A stretch of DNA of 64,000 nucleotides, taken from Escherichia coli. GTDB lineage: Bacteria > Pseudomonadota > Gammaproteobacteria > Enterobacterales > Enterobacteriaceae. The notes under the pieces were generated by a model, which did no database searches, was not told the DNA's origin, and worked only from the letters and a program-made list of their open reading frames with translations. This document shows, one piece after another, positions 19,172-35,625 of the stretch (its first letter is position 1; the number at the start of each line of letters is the position of its first letter). A program made the position numbers and the translations under genes. The DNA lies in the NCBI RefSeq assembly GCF_022846255.1, contig NZ_AP025682.1; one strand, 5' to 3'.

Positions 19172-20257
19172 ATGGCTGGAAACACAATTGGACAACTCTT
19201 TCGCGTAACCACCTTCGGCGAATCGCACGGGCTGGCGCTCGGCTGCATCGTCGATGGTGTTCCGCCAGGCATTCCGCTGACGGAAGCGGACCTGCAACAT
19301 GACCTTGATCGTCGTCGCCCTGGGACATCGCGCTATACCACCCAGCGCCGCGAGCCGGATCAAGTCAAAATTCTCTCCGGTGTTTTTGAAGGTGTTACTA
19401 CTGGCACCAGCATCGGATTGTTGATCGAAAATACCGACCAGCGTTCTCAGGATTATAGTGCGATTAAGGACGTTTTCCGTCCAGGTCATGCCGATTACAC
19501 CTATGAACAAAAATACGGCCTGCGCGATTATCGCGGCGGTGGACGTTCTTCCGCCCGCGAAACCGCTATGCGCGTTGCAGCAGGGGCGATTGCCAAAAAA
19601 TATCTCGCCGAGAAATTTGGCATTGAGATTCGCGGCTGCCTGACCCAGATGGGTGATATTCCGCTGGAAATCAAAGACTGGTCGCAGGTCGAGCAAAATC
19701 CGTTTTTCTGCCCGGACCCGGACAAAATCGACGCGTTAGATGAACTGATGCGCGCGCTGAAAAAAGAGGGTGACTCCATCGGCGCGAAAGTCACCGTCGT
19801 TGCCAGTGGCGTACCCGCCGGACTTGGCGAGCCGGTTTTTGACCGCCTGGATGCCGACATCGCCCATGCGCTAATGAGCATTAACGCGGTGAAAGGTGTG
19901 GAAATTGGTGATGGTTTTGACGTGGTAGCGCTGCGTGGCAGCCAGAACCGTGACGAAATCACCAAAGACGGTTTCCAGAGCAACCATGCGGGCGGCATTC
20001 TTGGTGGTATCAGCAGCGGGCAGCAAATCATTGCCCATATGGCGCTGAAACCGACCTCAAGCATTACTGTGCCGGGGCGCACGATTAACCGCTTTGGCGA
20101 AGAAGTTGAGATGATCACCAAAGGCCGTCACGATCCGTGTGTTGGGATCCGCGCGGTGCCGATCGCTGAAGCGATGCTGGCGATCGTTTTAATGGATCAC
20201 CTGTTACGGCAACGGGCGCAAAATGCTGATGTGAAGACTGATATTCCACGCTGGTAA
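19172..20257 (+). CDS. aroC: Chorismate synthase
   Basis: 361 aa, [20 protein letters not shown]... Confidence 0.95.
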   Translation: MAGNTIGQLFRVTTFGESHGLALGCIVDGVPPGIPLTEADLQHDLDRRRPGTSRYTTQRREPDQVKILSGVFEGVTTGTSIGLLIENTDQRSQDYSAIKDVFRPGHADYTYEQKYGLRDYRGGGRSSARETAMRVAAGAIAKKYLAEKFGIEIRGCLTQMGDIPLEIKDWSQVEQNPFFCPDPDKIDALDELMRALKKEGDSIGAKVTVVASGVPAGLGEPVFDRLDADIAHALMSINAVKGVEIGDGFDVVALRGSQNRDEITKDGFQSNHAGGILGGISSGQQIIAHMALKPTSSITVPGRTINRFGEEVEMITKGRHDPCVGIRAVPIAEAMLAIVLMDHLLRQRAQNADVKTDIPRW

Positions 20258-20259
20258 AA

Positions 20260-21084
20260 ATGAACAAAACTGCGATTGTGCTGCTGGCCCTGCTTGCCAG
20301 TAGCGCCAGCCTGGCAGCGACGCCGTGGCAAAAAATAACCCAACCTGTGCCGGGTAGTGCACAATCGATAGGCAGTTTTTCAAATGGCTGTATCGTCGGT
20401 GCTGACACGCTGCCGATACAGTCCGAACATTATCAGGTCATGCGTACCGATCAGCGTCGCTATTTCGGACACCCGGATCTGGTGATGTTTATCCAGCGTC
20501 TGAGTCGCCAGGTGAGCAATCTGGGTATGGGTACGGTGCTGATTGGCGATATGGGGATGCCTGCTGGTGGTCGTTTCAACGGCGGTCACGCCAGCCACCA
20601 GACTGGACTGGATGTCGATATCTTCCTGCAACTGCCAAAAACACGCTGGACCTCCGCGCAGCTCTTGCGCCCGCAAGCGTTAGATTTAGTTTCCCGCGAC
20701 GGTAAACACGTTGTCCCGACGCTGTGGAAGCCGGAAATTTTCAGCTTGATTAAACTCGCCGCGCAGGACAAAGACGTCACGCGCATTTTTGTTAATCCGG
20801 CGATTAAACAACAACTTTGCCTTGATGCGGGCACCGATCGCGACTGGTTACGCAAAGTGCGGCCCTGGTTCCAGCATCGCGCCCATATGCATGTACGACT
20901 ACGTTGTCCTGCCGATAGCCTGGAGTGTGAAGATCAACCTTTACCGCCACCGGGCGATGGTTGCGGGGCAGAACTGCAAAGCTGGTTTGAACCACCAAAA
21001 CCGGGAACAACAAAGCCTGAGAAGAAGACACCGCCTCCGTTGCCGCCTTCCTGCCAGGCGCTACTGGATGAGCACGTGATCTAA
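20260..21084 (+). CDS. mepA: Penicillin-insensitive murein DD-endopeptidase MepA
   Basis: 274-aa ORF with signal peptide; starts 3 nt after the aroC stop. Confidence 0.9.
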   Translation: MNKTAIVLLALLASSASLAATPWQKITQPVPGSAQSIGSFSNGCIVGADTLPIQSEHYQVMRTDQRRYFGHPDLVMFIQRLSRQVSNLGMGTVLIGDMGMPAGGRFNGGHASHQTGLDVDIFLQLPKTRWTSAQLLRPQALDLVSRDGKHVVPTLWKPEIFSLIKLAAQDKDVTRIFVNPAIKQQLCLDAGTDRDWLRKVRPWFQHRAHMHVRLRCPADSLECEDQPLPPPGDGCGAELQSWFEPPKPGTTKPEKKTPPPLPPSCQALLDEHVI

Positions 21085-21893
21085 TGGAAACGTTTAATAG
21101 CCTGTTTATGGTTTCCCCGCTGCTGCTGGGAGTTCTCTTTTTTGTCGCCATGCTGGCGGGATTTATCGACTCGATTGCCGGTGGCGGTGGGTTACTCACC
21201 ATTCCGGCATTGATGGCGGCGGGGATGTCTCCGGCTAACGCGCTGGCAACCAATAAACTGCAAGCCTGCGGCGGCTCTATTTCCGCCACTATCTACTTTA
21301 TTCGCCGCAAAGTGGTTAGTTTAAGCGATCAGAAACTCAATATCGCCATGACCTTTGTCGGCTCAATGAGCGGCGCGCTACTGGTGCAGTATGTTCAGGC
21401 CGATGTCTTACGGCAGATTTTACCGATCCTCGTAATTTGTATCGGTCTTTATTTCTTACTGATGCCAAAGCTGGGTGAAGAAGATCGCCAGCGCCGGATG
21501 TACGGTTTACCCTTCGCGTTAATTGCAGGTGGTTGTGTCGGTTTTTACGATGGATTTTTTGGCCCGGCTGCCGGATCGTTTTACGCGCTGGCCTTCGTTA
21601 CGCTGTGCGGATTCAACCTCGCCAAAGCCACTGCTCACGCCAAATTACTTAACGCAACGTCAAACATTGGCGGTCTGCTGTTGTTTATTCTCGGCGGCAA
21701 AGTGATTTGGGCGACGGGCTTTGTGATGCTGGTGGGGCAGTTCCTCGGCGCGCGCATGGGTTCACGACTGGTGTTGAGCAAAGGACAAAAGCTGATCCGC
21801 CCGATGATCGTTATCGTCTCGGCGGTGATGAGTGCAAAATTACTTTACGATAGCCACGGACAGGAGATCCTCCACTGGTTGGGGATGAACTAA
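21084..21893 (+). CDS. yfcA: TauE/SafE-family inner membrane protein YfcA
   Basis: 269-aa polytopic membrane protein; start overlaps the mepA stop. Confidence 0.85.
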   Translation: METFNSLFMVSPLLLGVLFFVAMLAGFIDSIAGGGGLLTIPALMAAGMSPANALATNKLQACGGSISATIYFIRRKVVSLSDQKLNIAMTFVGSMSGALLVQYVQADVLRQILPILVICIGLYFLLMPKLGEEDRQRRMYGLPFALIAGGCVGFYDGFFGPAAGSFYALAFVTLCGFNLAKATAHAKLLNATSNIGGLLLFILGGKVIWATGFVMLVGQFLGARMGSRLVLSKGQKLIRPMIVIVSAVMSAKLLYDSHGQEILHWLGMN

Positions 21894-22441
21894 TGAACAG
21901 TACACACCACTATGAGCAGTTGATTGAGATTTTTAATAGCTGCTTTGCCGATGAATTTAATACCCGTCTGATTAAAGGCGACGACGAACCGATCTATCTT
22001 CCTGCTGATGCGGAAGTACCGTATAACCGAATCGTCTTTGCTCATGGCTTTTATGCCAGCGCAATTCATGAGATTTCGCACTGGTGTATTGCCGGAAAAG
22101 CGCGCCGTGAGCAGGTTGATTTCGGCTACTGGTATTGCCCGGACGGTCGCGATGCCCAGACGCAAAGCCAGTTTGAAGATGTTGAAGTGAAGCCGCAGGC
22201 GCTGGACTGGTTGTTCTGCGTGGCGGCGGGATATCCGTTTAATGTTAGCTGCGACAATCTGGAAGGGGATTTCGAACCGGACCGCGTGGTGTTTCAACGG
22301 CGGGTACATGCGCAGGTAATGGATTATCTGGCAAACGGCATTCCCGAACGTCCGGCACGCTTCATTAAAGCACTACAAAATTATTATCACACGCCGGAAC
22401 TTACGGCGGAACAGTTCCCGTGGCCGGAAGCGCTCAACTGA
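21893..22441 (+). CDS. epmC: Elongation factor P hydroxylase EpmC (YfcM)
   Basis: 182-aa ORF; start overlaps the yfcA stop. Confidence 0.85.
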   Translation: MNSTHHYEQLIEIFNSCFADEFNTRLIKGDDEPIYLPADAEVPYNRIVFAHGFYASAIHEISHWCIAGKARREQVDFGYWYCPDGRDAQTQSQFEDVEVKPQALDWLFCVAAGYPFNVSCDNLEGDFEPDRVVFQRRVHAQVMDYLANGIPERPARFIKALQNYYHTPELTAEQFPWPEALN

Positions 22442-22474
22442 AGCCAGCGCCACGTTTTACAATGAGGAAAGAAG

Positions 22475-22753
22475 ATGATCGCGGAGTTTGAATCACGCAT
22501 TCTGGCATTAATCGACGGTATGGTTGACCATGCCAGTGATGATGAGTTGTTTGCCAGTGGGTATTTGCGTGGCCACCTGACATTAGCCATCGCAGAACTG
22601 GAAAGTGGTGATGACCACTCCGCCCAGGCGGTACATACAACCGTTAGCCAGAGTCTGGAAAAAGCCATTGGCGCGGGTGAATTGTCGCCGCGTGACCAGG
22701 CGCTGGTTACCGATATGTGGGAACACCTGTTTCAGCAGGCCTCACAGCAGTAA
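22475..22753 (+). CDS. yfcL: Small uncharacterised protein YfcL
   Basis: 92-aa [38 protein letters not shown]... Confidence 0.8.
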   Translation: MIAEFESRILALIDGMVDHASDDELFASGYLRGHLTLAIAELESGDDHSAQAVHTTVSQSLEKAIGAGELSPRDQALVTDMWEHLFQQASQQ

Positions 22754-22760
22754 GTTGTGA

Positions 22761-22857
<97 letters not shown>

Positions 22858-22873
22858 ACAATGCCAAAGCAGA

Positions 22874-24946
<2,073 letters not shown>

Positions 24947-24974
24947 CTATTAATTGGCTGATCGGACTTGTTCG

Positions 24975-24990
24975 GCGTACAAGTGTACGC
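24975..24990. promoter_or_regulatory. FabR operator palindrome in the fabB promoter
   Basis: GCGTAC-AAGT-GTACGC perfect palindrome about 50 bp upstream of the fabB start; matches the FabR operator as I recall it. Confidence 0.6.
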
Positions 24991-25038
24991 TATTGTGCAT
25001 TCGAAACTTACTCTATGTGCGACTTACAGAGGTATTGA

Positions 25039-26259
25039 ATGAAACGTGCAGTGATTACTGGCCTGGGCATTGTTTCCAGCATCGGTAATAACCAGCAGGA
25101 AGTCCTGGCATCTCTGCGTGAAGGACGTTCAGGGATCACTTTCTCTCAGGAGCTGAAGGATTCCGGCATGCGTAGCCACGTCTGGGGCAACGTAAAACTG
25201 GATACCACTGGCCTCATTGACCGCAAAGTTGTGCGCTTTATGAGCGACGCATCCATTTATGCATTCCTTTCTATGGAGCAGGCAATTGCAGATGCTGGCC
25301 TCTCTCCGGAAGCTTACCAGAATAACCCGCGCGTTGGCCTGATTGCAGGTTCCGGCGGCGGTTCCCCGCGTTTTCAGGTGTTCGGCGCTGACGCAATGCG
25401 CGGCCCGCGCGGCCTGAAAGCGGTTGGCCCGTATGTGGTCACCAAAGCGATGGCATCCGGCGTTTCTGCCTGTCTCGCCACGCCGTTTAAAATTCACGGT
25501 GTAAACTACTCCATCAGCTCCGCGTGTGCGACCTCCGCACACTGTATCGGTAACGCAGTAGAGCAGATCCAACTGGGCAAACAGGACATCGTGTTTGCTG
25601 GTGGCGGCGAAGAGCTGTGCTGGGAAATGGCTTGTGAATTCGACGCGATGGGTGCGCTGTCTACCAAATACAACGACACCCCGGAAAAAGCCTCCCGTAC
25701 TTATGACGCTCACCGTGACGGTTTCGTTATCGCTGGCGGCGGCGGTATGGTGGTGGTCGAAGAACTGGAACACGCGTTGGCACGTGGTGCTCATATCTAC
25801 GCTGAAATCGTTGGCTACGGCGCAACGTCTGATGGCGCAGACATGGTTGCTCCGTCTGGCGAAGGCGCAGTGCGTTGCATGAAGATGGCGATGCACGGTG
25901 TTGATACCCCAATCGACTACCTGAACTCCCACGGTACTTCGACTCCGGTTGGCGACGTGAAAGAACTGGCAGCTATCCGTGAAGTGTTCGGCGATAAGAG
26001 CCCGGCGATTTCTGCAACCAAAGCAATGACCGGTCACTCACTGGGCGCTGCTGGCGTACAGGAAGCTATCTACTCTCTGCTGATGCTGGAACACGGTTTT
26101 ATCGCCCCGAGCATCAACATTGAAGAGCTGGACGAGCAGGCTGCGGGTCTGAACATCGTGACCGAAACGACCGATCGCGAACTGACCACCGTTATGTCTA
26201 ACAGCTTCGGCTTCGGCGGCACTAACGCCACGCTGGTAATGCGCAAGCTGAAAGATTAA
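25039..26259 (+). CDS. fabB: 3-oxoacyl-[acyl-carrier-protein] synthase I (KAS I)
   Basis: 406 aa, [18 protein letters not shown]..., active-site SSACATS and C-terminal ...[16 protein letters not shown]. Confidence 0.95.
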
Positions 26260-26265
26260 TTCGGA

Positions 26266-26301
26266 GTAGGTCGGATAAGACGCGCCAGCGCCGCATCCGA
26301 C
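26266..26301. repeat. REP element
   Basis: GTAGGTCGGATAAGACGCGCCAGCGCCGCATCCGAC. Confidence 0.65.
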
Positions 26302-26335
26302 GTTACGCGCCAATGCGGCCTCCGGCACTAACGCA

Positions 26336-26362
26336 AAAGGGAACCCGATGGTTCCCTTTTTC
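26336..26362 (+). terminator. Intrinsic terminator downstream of fabB
   Basis: AAAGGGAAC / GTTCCCTTT stem followed by a T-run. Confidence 0.7.
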
Positions 26363-26520
26363 ACATCATTGACAATCGCCGCCAGTTCCAGGCAAACTTC
26401 CCGCTTTGTCGATTTCCTTCAGAAAAGACGTACGCGTTAAATCCTGCCAACGCACCGTAACCCTGAAACCAGAGAGATGAGACGGGGATACTCCTCGCCT
26501 TGCGCTGCATTCTGGAGTAA

Positions 26521-28694
<2,174 letters not shown>

Positions 28695-28792
28695 TACGTA
28701 TCCTTATACCTGAAATCTTCGCAAGTATGCCTGGCCGCGAGATTATGGCACACTTGTCTGGTTAACTCTCGTCTCATACAGGTAACACAAAC

Positions 28793-29929
28793 GTGAAAAT
28801 CCTTGTTGATGAAAATATGCCTTATGCCCGCGACTTATTTAGCCGTTTGGGTGAGGTGACCGCGGTTCCCGGGCGTCCAATTCCCGTCGCTCAACTGGCA
28901 GACGCGGATGCGCTTATGGTGCGTTCGGTCACGAAAGTGAATGAATCTTTGCTGGCAGGAAAACCCATTAAATTTGTTGGCACTGCCACCGCGGGGACCG
29001 ACCATGTCGATGAAGCATGGTTAAAGCAGGCGGGAATTGGTTTTTCCGCTGCACCTGGCTGTAATGCGATTGCGGTAGTGGAATATGTTTTCTCCTCCCT
29101 GCTGATGCTTGCCGAACGCGATGGATTTTCACTGCACGAGCGTACCGTGGGGATCGTTGGCGTTGGTAACGTTGGTCGTCGTTTACAGGCGCGACTGGAA
29201 GCTTTAGGGATCAAAACCTTACTTTGCGATCCGCCCCGCGCCGACCGTGGGGATGAGGGGGATTTCCGCTCGCTGGATGAATTAGTCCAGCATGCGGATA
29301 TTCTGACTTTCCATACGCCACTCTTTAAAGATGGTCCGTACAAAACGCTGCATCTGGCGGATGAAAAACTGATCCGTAGCCTGAAACCAGGAGCGATCCT
29401 GATTAACGCCTGCCGTGGCGCAGTCGTCGATAATACTGCCCTATTGACCTGTCTGAACGAAGGCAAGAAGTTAAGCGTAGTGCTGGATGTCTGGGAAGGC
29501 GAACCGGAACTCAACGTGGAATTGCTGAAAAAAGTGGATATCGGCACGCCGCATATCGCAGGCTATACCCTGGAAGGTAAAGCACGCGGTACTACGCAAG
29601 TGTTTGAAGCCTATAGCAAGTTTATTGGGCATGAACAACACGTTGCGCTGGATACGTTGCTGCCCGCGCCAGAGTTTGGCCGCATTACGCTGCATGGCCC
29701 GCTCGATCAACCGACGCTGAAAAGGCTGGTGCATTTGGTGTATGATGTGCGCCGCGATGACGCGCCACTGCGTAAAGTCGCCGGGATACCGGGTGAGTTC
29801 GATAAGCTGCGCAAAAACTATCTTGAGCGCCGTGAATGGTCATCTCTGTATGTGATTTGTGATGACGCCAGTGCGGCATCATTGCTGTGTAAACTGGGTT
29901 TTAACGCCGTTCATCATCCGGCACGTTAA
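28793..29929 (+). CDS. pdxB: Erythronate-4-phosphate dehydrogenase PdxB
   Basis: 378 aa from GTG 28793 ([16 protein letters not shown]...); D-2-hydroxyacid dehydrogenase NAD site [12 protein letters not shown]. Confidence 0.9.
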   Translation: MKILVDENMPYARDLFSRLGEVTAVPGRPIPVAQLADADALMVRSVTKVNESLLAGKPIKFVGTATAGTDHVDEAWLKQAGIGFSAAPGCNAIAVVEYVFSSLLMLAERDGFSLHERTVGIVGVGNVGRRLQARLEALGIKTLLCDPPRADRGDEGDFRSLDELVQHADILTFHTPLFKDGPYKTLHLADEKLIRSLKPGAILINACRGAVVDNTALLTCLNEGKKLSVVLDVWEGEPELNVELLKKVDIGTPHIAGYTLEGKARGTTQVFEAYSKFIGHEQHVALDTLLPAPEFGRITLHGPLDQPTLKRLVHLVYDVRRDDAPLRKVAGIPGEFDKLRKNYLERREWSSLYVICDDASAASLLCKLGFNAVHHPAR

Positions 29930-29994
29930 TCTCTTCTTCATGCTCTCTGCTGTAACATTGGCAGGGAGCTTTGCTATTTCTGGAGTAAACCACC

Positions 29995-31008
29995 ATGTCT
30001 GAAGGCTGGAACATTGCCGTCCTGGGCGCAACTGGCGCTGTGGGCGAAGCCCTGCTTGAAACGCTGGCTGAACGTCAGTTCCCGGTTGGGGAAATTTATG
30101 CACTGGCACGTAACGAAAGCGCAGGAGAACAACTGCGCTTTGGTGGTAAGACAATCACCGTGCAGGATGCCGCTGAATTCGACTGGACGCAGGCGCAGCT
30201 GGCGTTTTTTGTCGCAGGCAAAGAAGCTACCGCTACCTGGGTTGAAGAAGCGACCAACTCAGGTTGTCTGGTGATCGACAGCAGCGGATTGTTTGCTCTC
30301 GAACCCGACGTACCGCTGGTGGTGCCGGAAGTAAACCCGTTTATACTGACCGATTACCGCAACCGGAATGTCATCGCCGTACCAGACAGTCTGACCAGCC
30401 AGCTGCTGGCGGCACTGAAACCGCTAATTGATCAGGGCGGTTTATCACGTATCAGCGTTACCAGCCTGATTTCAGCCTCCGCCCAGGGCAAAAAAGCGGT
30501 CGATGCGTTAGCGGGGCAGAGTGCTAAATTACTCAATGGCATTCCGATTGACGAAGAAGATTTCTTCGGGCGTCAGCTGGCGTTCAACATGCTGCCGTTA
30601 CTGCCGGATAGCGAAGGTAGCGTGCGTGAAGAACGTCGTATCGTTGACGAAGTACGCAAAATCCTGCAGGACGAAGGGCTGATGATTTCGGCAAGCGTCG
30701 TCCAGGCACCGGTATTCTACGGTCATGCCCAGATGGTCAACTTTGAAGCACTGCGTCCGCTGGCGGCAGAAGAAGCGCGTGATGCGTTTGCTCAGGGCGA
30801 AGATATTGTGCTCTCTGAAGAGAACGAATTCCCGACTCAGGTAGGAGATGCTTCTGGTAGTCCGCATCTTTCTGTTGGCTGCGTACGTAATGACTACGGT
30901 ATGCCGGAGCAAGTCCAGTTCTGGTCGGTGGCCGATAACGTTCGCTTTGGCGGCGCGCTGATGGCAGTAAAAATCGCCGAGAAACTGGTGCAGGAGTATC
31001 TGTACTAA
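29995..31008 (+). CDS. usg: USG-1 protein (aspartate-semialdehyde dehydrogenase paralogue)
   Basis: 337 aa with N-terminal NAD(P)-binding VLGATGAVG. Confidence 0.88.
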
Positions 31009-31820
31009 TGTCCGACCAGCAACAACCGCCAGTTTATAAAATTGCGCTGGGCATTGAGTACGACGGCAGTAGGTATTACGGCTGGCAACGGCAGAATGAA
31101 GTCCGCAGTGTGCAGGAGAAGCTGGAAAAGGCGCTCTCCCAGGTGGCGAACGAACCCATCACCGTCTTCTGCGCCGGGCGTACTGACGCAGGGGTACACG
31201 GTACCGGGCAGGTGGTGCATTTCGAAACGACCGCGCAGCGCAAAGACGCTGCGTGGACGTTAGGCGTAAATGCGAATTTACCTGGTGACATCGCCGTGCG
31301 TTGGGTTAAAGCTGTACCTGATGATTTTCATGCCCGATTTAGCGCCACGGCTCGCCGTTATCGCTACATCATCTACAATCATCGGCTGCGCCCGGCGGTA
31401 CTGAGTAAAGGAGTAACCCATTTTTACGAGCCGCTGGACGCTGAACGGATGCATCGGGCTGCGCAATGCTTGCTGGGCGAGAATGATTTCACCTCGTTCC
31501 GTGCGGTGCAGTGCCAGTCCCGGACCCCGTGGCGCAACGTTATGCATATTAATGTCACGCGTCACGGTCCTTATGTGGTGGTAGATATCAAAGCGAATGC
31601 CTTTGTACATCATATGGTCAGGAATATTGTCGGCAGCCTGATGGAAGTCGGTGCCCACAACCAGCCGGAGAGCTGGATAGCAGAGTTGCTGGCGGCAAAG
31701 GACAGAACGCTGGCGGCAGCAACGGCAAAAGCGGAAGGGCTATATCTGGTCGCGGTGGATTACCCTGACCGATATGATCTTCCAAAACCGCCAATGGGCC
31801 CGCTATTTCTGGCGGACTAA
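31008..31820 (+). CDS. truA: tRNA pseudouridine(38-40) synthase TruA
   Basis: 270-aa ORF; start overlaps the usg stop (TAATG). Confidence 0.93.
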
Positions 31821-31843
31821 CGAGAATAATGCTCGGAACATTT

Positions 31844-31872
31844 CAGGCTGTAGCCAACGTAGTTACAGCCTG
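31844..31872 (+). other. Hairpin between truA and dedA
   Basis: CAGGCTGTA / TACAGCCTG, 9-bp stem with 11-nt loop; no U-tract. Confidence 0.4.
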
Positions 31873-31902
31873 ATAGATGACGAGTACAAGGCATAGGCAA
31901 AT

Positions 31903-32562
31903 ATGGACCTGATTTATTTCCTCATCGATTTTATCCTGCACATTGACGTGCATCTGGCAGAGCTGGTCGCGGAGTACGGCGTCTGGGTTTATGCCATTTT
32001 GTTCTTAATTTTGTTCTGTGAAACCGGTCTGGTGGTAACGCCGTTTTTACCGGGTGATTCATTGCTGTTTGTTGCCGGAGCGTTGGCATCACTGGAGACC
32101 AACGATCTCAACGTCCATATGATGGTGGTGCTGATGCTGATCGCCGCGATTGTGGGTGACGCGGTCAATTACACTATCGGGCGGTTGTTCGGTGAAAAGT
32201 TATTCAGTAATCCCAATTCGAAAATTTTCCGTCGCAGTTATCTCGACAAAACCCATCAGTTTTATGAGAAACATGGCGGCAAAACGATTATTCTCGCCCG
32301 TTTTGTGCCGATCGTCAGAACGTTCGCCCCGTTTGTTGCGGGAATGGGCCACATGTCGTACCGTCATTTCGCCGCTTATAACGTGATTGGCGCACTGTTG
32401 TGGGTACTGCTTTTTACCTACGCAGGCTATTTCTTCGGCACGCTCCCCTTCATTCAGAGCAACCTTAAACTGATGATTGTTGGCATTATTTTTGTTTCAA
32501 TATTGCCAGGTGTTTTCGAATTTATTCGCCACAAACGCGCAGCGGCACGCGCCGCAAAATAA
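31903..32562 (+). CDS. dedA: DedA-family inner membrane protein
   Basis: 219-aa polytopic membrane protein. Confidence 0.9.
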   Translation: MDLIYFLIDFILHIDVHLAELVAEYGVWVYAILFLILFCETGLVVTPFLPGDSLLFVAGALASLETNDLNVHMMVVLMLIAAIVGDAVNYTIGRLFGEKLFSNPNSKIFRRSYLDKTHQFYEKHGGKTIILARFVPIVRTFAPFVAGMGHMSYRHFAAYNVIGALLWVLLFTYAGYFFGTLPFIQSNLKLMIVGIIFVSILPGVFEFIRHKRAAARAAK

Positions 32563-32717
32563 AAAGTAACTCTGCGGTTCGACCACTTTTTTATCCAAAG
32601 TTTCGGGCTGTTATGTTTTAATGTGCAACATTCATGGTCTGTTGGGGGCAAAAATGGCATTATGCGTCCCCAAAGATAAAACTGGCATCGAACCAGGTTC
32701 AGACAGAAAGGTCCCTA

Positions 32718-33632
32718 ATGAGCTGGATTGAACGAATTAAAAGCAACATTACTCCCACCCGCAAGGCGAGCATTCCTGAAGGGGTGTGGACTAAGTGTGA
32801 TAGCTGCGGTCAGGTTTTATACCGCGCTGAGCTGGAACGTAATCTTGAGGTCTGTCCGAAGTGTGACCATCACATGCGTATGACAGCGCGTAATCGCCTG
32901 CATAGCCTGTTAGATGAAGGAAGCCTTGTGGAGCTGGGTAGCGAGCTTGAGCCGAAAGATGTGCTGAAGTTTCGTGACTCCAAGAAGTATAAAGACCGTC
33001 TGGCATCTGCGCAGAAAGAAACCGGCGAAAAAGATGCGCTGGTGGTGATGAAAGGCACTCTGTATGGAATGCCGGTTGTCGCTGCGGCATTCGAGTTCGC
33101 CTTTATGGGCGGTTCCATGGGGTCTGTTGTGGGTGCGCGTTTCGTGCGTGCCGTTGAGCAGGCGCTGGAAGATAACTGCCCACTGATCTGCTTCTCCGCC
33201 TCTGGTGGCGCACGTATGCAGGAAGCACTGATGTCGCTGATGCAGATGGCGAAAACCTCTGCGGCACTGGCAAAAATGCAGGAGCGCGGCTTGCCGTACA
33301 TCTCCGTGCTGACCGACCCGACCATGGGCGGTGTTTCTGCAAGTTTCGCCATGCTGGGCGATCTCAACATCGCTGAACCGAAAGCGTTAATTGGCTTTGC
33401 CGGTCCGCGTGTTATCGAACAGACCGTTCGCGAAAAACTGCCGCCAGGATTCCAGCGCAGTGAATTCCTGATCGAGAAAGGCGCGATCGACATGATCGTC
33501 CGTCGTCCGGAAATGCGCCTGAAACTGGCGAGCATTCTGGCGAAGTTGATGAATCTGCCAGCGCCGAATCCTGAAGCGCCGCGTGAAGGCATAGTGGTGC
33601 CACCGGTACCGGATCAGGAACCTGAGGCCTGA
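32718..33632 (+). CDS. accD: Acetyl-CoA carboxylase carboxyltransferase beta subunit
   Basis: ORF-track frame 32634..33632; start trimmed to ATG 32718 ([11 protein letters not shown]...); 304 aa with zinc-finger CDSCGQVLY...CPKCDHH. Confidence 0.95.
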   Translation: MSWIERIKSNITPTRKASIPEGVWTKCDSCGQVLYRAELERNLEVCPKCDHHMRMTARNRLHSLLDEGSLVELGSELEPKDVLKFRDSKKYKDRLASAQKETGEKDALVVMKGTLYGMPVVAAAFEFAFMGGSMGSVVGARFVRAVEQALEDNCPLICFSASGGARMQEALMSLMQMAKTSAALAKMQERGLPYISVLTDPTMGGVSASFAMLGDLNIAEPKALIGFAGPRVIEQTVREKLPPGFQRSEFLIEKGAIDMIVRRPEMRLKLASILAKLMNLPAPNPEAPREGIVVPPVPDQEPEA

Positions 33633-33640
33633 TAACTGAT

Positions 33641-33670
33641 AAGGGCAGGGCCACTGGCTCTGCCCTTTTG
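33641..33670 (+). terminator. Probable attenuating terminator between accD and folC
   Basis: AAGGGCAG / CTGCCCTT stem followed by TTTTG. Confidence 0.55.
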
Positions 33671-33701
33671 CTATTCTCACCGTAACGAATCAGCGGATAC
33701 C

Positions 33702-34970
33702 ATGATTATCAAACGCACTCCTCAAGCCGCGTCGCCTCTGGCTTCGTGGCTTTCTTATCTGGAAAACCTGCACAGTAAAACTATCGATCTCGGCCTTGAG
33801 CGCGTGAGCCAGGTCGCGGCGCGTCTTGGCGTTCTGAAACCAGCGCCATTTGTGTTTACCGTTGCGGGTACTAATGGCAAAGGCACCACCTGCCGTACGC
33901 TGGAGTCGATTCTGATGGCGGCAGGGTACAAAGTGGGCGTCTACAGTTCGCCGCATCTGGTGCGTTATACCGAGCGCGTACGTGTGCAGGGTCAGGAATT
34001 GCCGGAATCGGCCCACACCGCTTCTTTTGCGGAGATTGAATCGGCACGCGGTGATATTTCCCTGACCTATTTCGAGTACGGTACGCTCTCGGCGTTGTGG
34101 CTGTTCAAGCAGGCACAACTTGACGTAGTGATTCTGGAAGTAGGGCTGGGCGGTCGTCTGGACGCAACCAATATTGTCGATGCCGATGTCGCGGTAGTAA
34201 CCAGTATTGCGCTGGATCATACCGACTGGCTGGGGCCAGATCGTGAAAGTATTGGTCGCGAGAAAGCAGGTATCTTTCGCAGCGAAAAACCGGCAATTGT
34301 CGGTGAGCCGGAGATGCCTTCTACCATTGCTGATGTGGCGCAGGAAAAAGGTGCACTGCTACAACGTCGGGGCGTTGAGTGGAACTATTCCGTCACCGAT
34401 CATGACTGGACGTTTAGCGATGCTCACGGCACGCTGGAAAATCTGCCGTTGCCGCTTGTCCCGCAACCGAATGCCGCAACGGCGCTGGCGGCACTGCGTG
34501 CCAGCGGGCTGGAGGTCAGTGAAAATGCCATTCGCGACGGGATTGCCAGCGCAATTTTGCCGGGACGTTTCCAGATTGTGAGCGAGTCGCCACGCGTTAT
34601 TTTTGATGTCGCGCATAATCCACATGCGGCGGAATATCTCACCGGGCGTATGAAAGCGCTACCGAAAAACGGGCGCGTGCTGGCGGTTATCGGTATGCTA
34701 CATGATAAAGATATTGCCGGAACTCTGGCCTGGTTGAAAAGCGTGGTTGATGACTGGTATTGTGCGCCACTGGAAGGGCCGCGCGGTGCCACGGCAGAAC
34801 AACTGCTTGAGCATTTGGGTAACGGCAAATCATTTGATAGCGTGGCGCAGGCATGGGATGCCGCAATGGCGGACGCTAAAGCGGAAGATACCGTGCTGGT
34901 GTGTGGTTCGTTCCACACGGTCGCACATGTCATGGAAGTGATTGACGCGAGGAGAAGCGGTGGCAAGTAA
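33702..34970 (+). CDS. folC: Bifunctional folylpolyglutamate synthase / dihydrofolate synthase
   Basis: 422 aa with ATP P-loop VAGTNGKGTT. Confidence 0.95.
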   Translation: MIIKRTPQAASPLASWLSYLENLHSKTIDLGLERVSQVAARLGVLKPAPFVFTVAGTNGKGTTCRTLESILMAAGYKVGVYSSPHLVRYTERVRVQGQELPESAHTASFAEIESARGDISLTYFEYGTLSALWLFKQAQLDVVILEVGLGGRLDATNIVDADVAVVTSIALDHTDWLGPDRESIGREKAGIFRSEKPAIVGEPEMPSTIADVAQEKGALLQRRGVEWNYSVTDHDWTFSDAHGTLENLPLPLVPQPNAATALAALRASGLEVSENAIRDGIASAILPGRFQIVSESPRVIFDVAHNPHAAEYLTGRMKALPKNGRVLAVIGMLHDKDIAGTLAWLKSVVDDWYCAPLEGPRGATAEQLLEHLGNGKSFDSVAQAWDAAMADAKAEDTVLVCGSFHTVAHVMEVIDARRSGGK

Positions 34971-35616
34971 GTTTCAGAATCGGTTAGTGGGCACGATCGT
35001 GCTGGTGGCGCTGGGGGTGATTGTACTTCCAGGGCTGCTGGACGGGCAGAAAAAACATTATCAGGATGAGTTCGCGGCTATCCCGCTGGTGCCGAAAGCG
35101 GGCGATCGCGATGAGCCTGATATGATGCCAGCCGCCACCCAGGCGTTGCCGACGCAGCCGCCGGAAGGCGCAGCGGAAGAGGTGCGGGCAGGTGATGCCG
35201 CAGCACCGTCGCTCGATCCGGCCACTATTGCAGCCAATAACACCGAGTTTGAACCGGAACCTGCACCGGTCGTCCCACCGAAGCCGGTGGAGCCGCTTAA
35301 GCCAAAGGTTGAAGCACCACCTGCGCCGAAGCCAGAACCGAAGCCGGTCGTGGAAGAAAAAGCAGCGCCAACGGGTAAAGCCTATGTTGTACAACTGGGG
35401 GCGCTGAAAAATGCCGATAAAGTGAATGAGATTGTCGGTAAGCTGCGCGGTGCCGGTTATCGGGTTTATACGTCGCCATCCACGCCAGTGCAGGGTAAAA
35501 TTACCCGTATTCTGGTTGGGCCAGATGCCTCGAAAGATAAGCTGAAAGGTTCGCTGGGTGAGCTCAAGCAACTTTCTGGCTTAAGTGGTGTGGTAATGGG
35601 CTATACACCGAATTAA
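34960..35616 (+). CDS. dedD: Cell division protein DedD (SPOR domain)
   Basis: ORF-track frame from TTG 34942; start trimmed to GTG 34960, overlapping the folC 3' end; N-terminal transmembrane helix, Pro/Lys/Glu-rich linker, C-terminal SPOR-like region. Confidence 0.85.
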   Translation: MASKFQNRLVGTIVLVALGVIVLPGLLDGQKKHYQDEFAAIPLVPKAGDRDEPDMMPAATQALPTQPPEGAAEEVRAGDAAAPSLDPATIAANNTEFEPEPAPVVPPKPVEPLKPKVEAPPAPKPEPKPVVEEKAAPTGKAYVVQLGALKNADKVNEIVGKLRGAGYRVYTSPSTPVQGKITRILVGPDASKDKLKGSLGELKQLSGLSGVVMGYTPN

Positions 35617-35625
35617 TACGGTCTT

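Noticed and set aside
24961-24977. Possible FadR activator site upstream of the FabR palindrome in the fabB promoter
   Set aside because: The match to the TGGTCNGACC core is poor by eye; I could not support it from sequence alone, although FadR activation of fabB is established.
25129-26037. 302-aa minus-strand ORF antisense to fabB
   Set aside because: Antisense artefact within a highly conserved gene; translation is Arg/Cys/His-rich and not protein-like.
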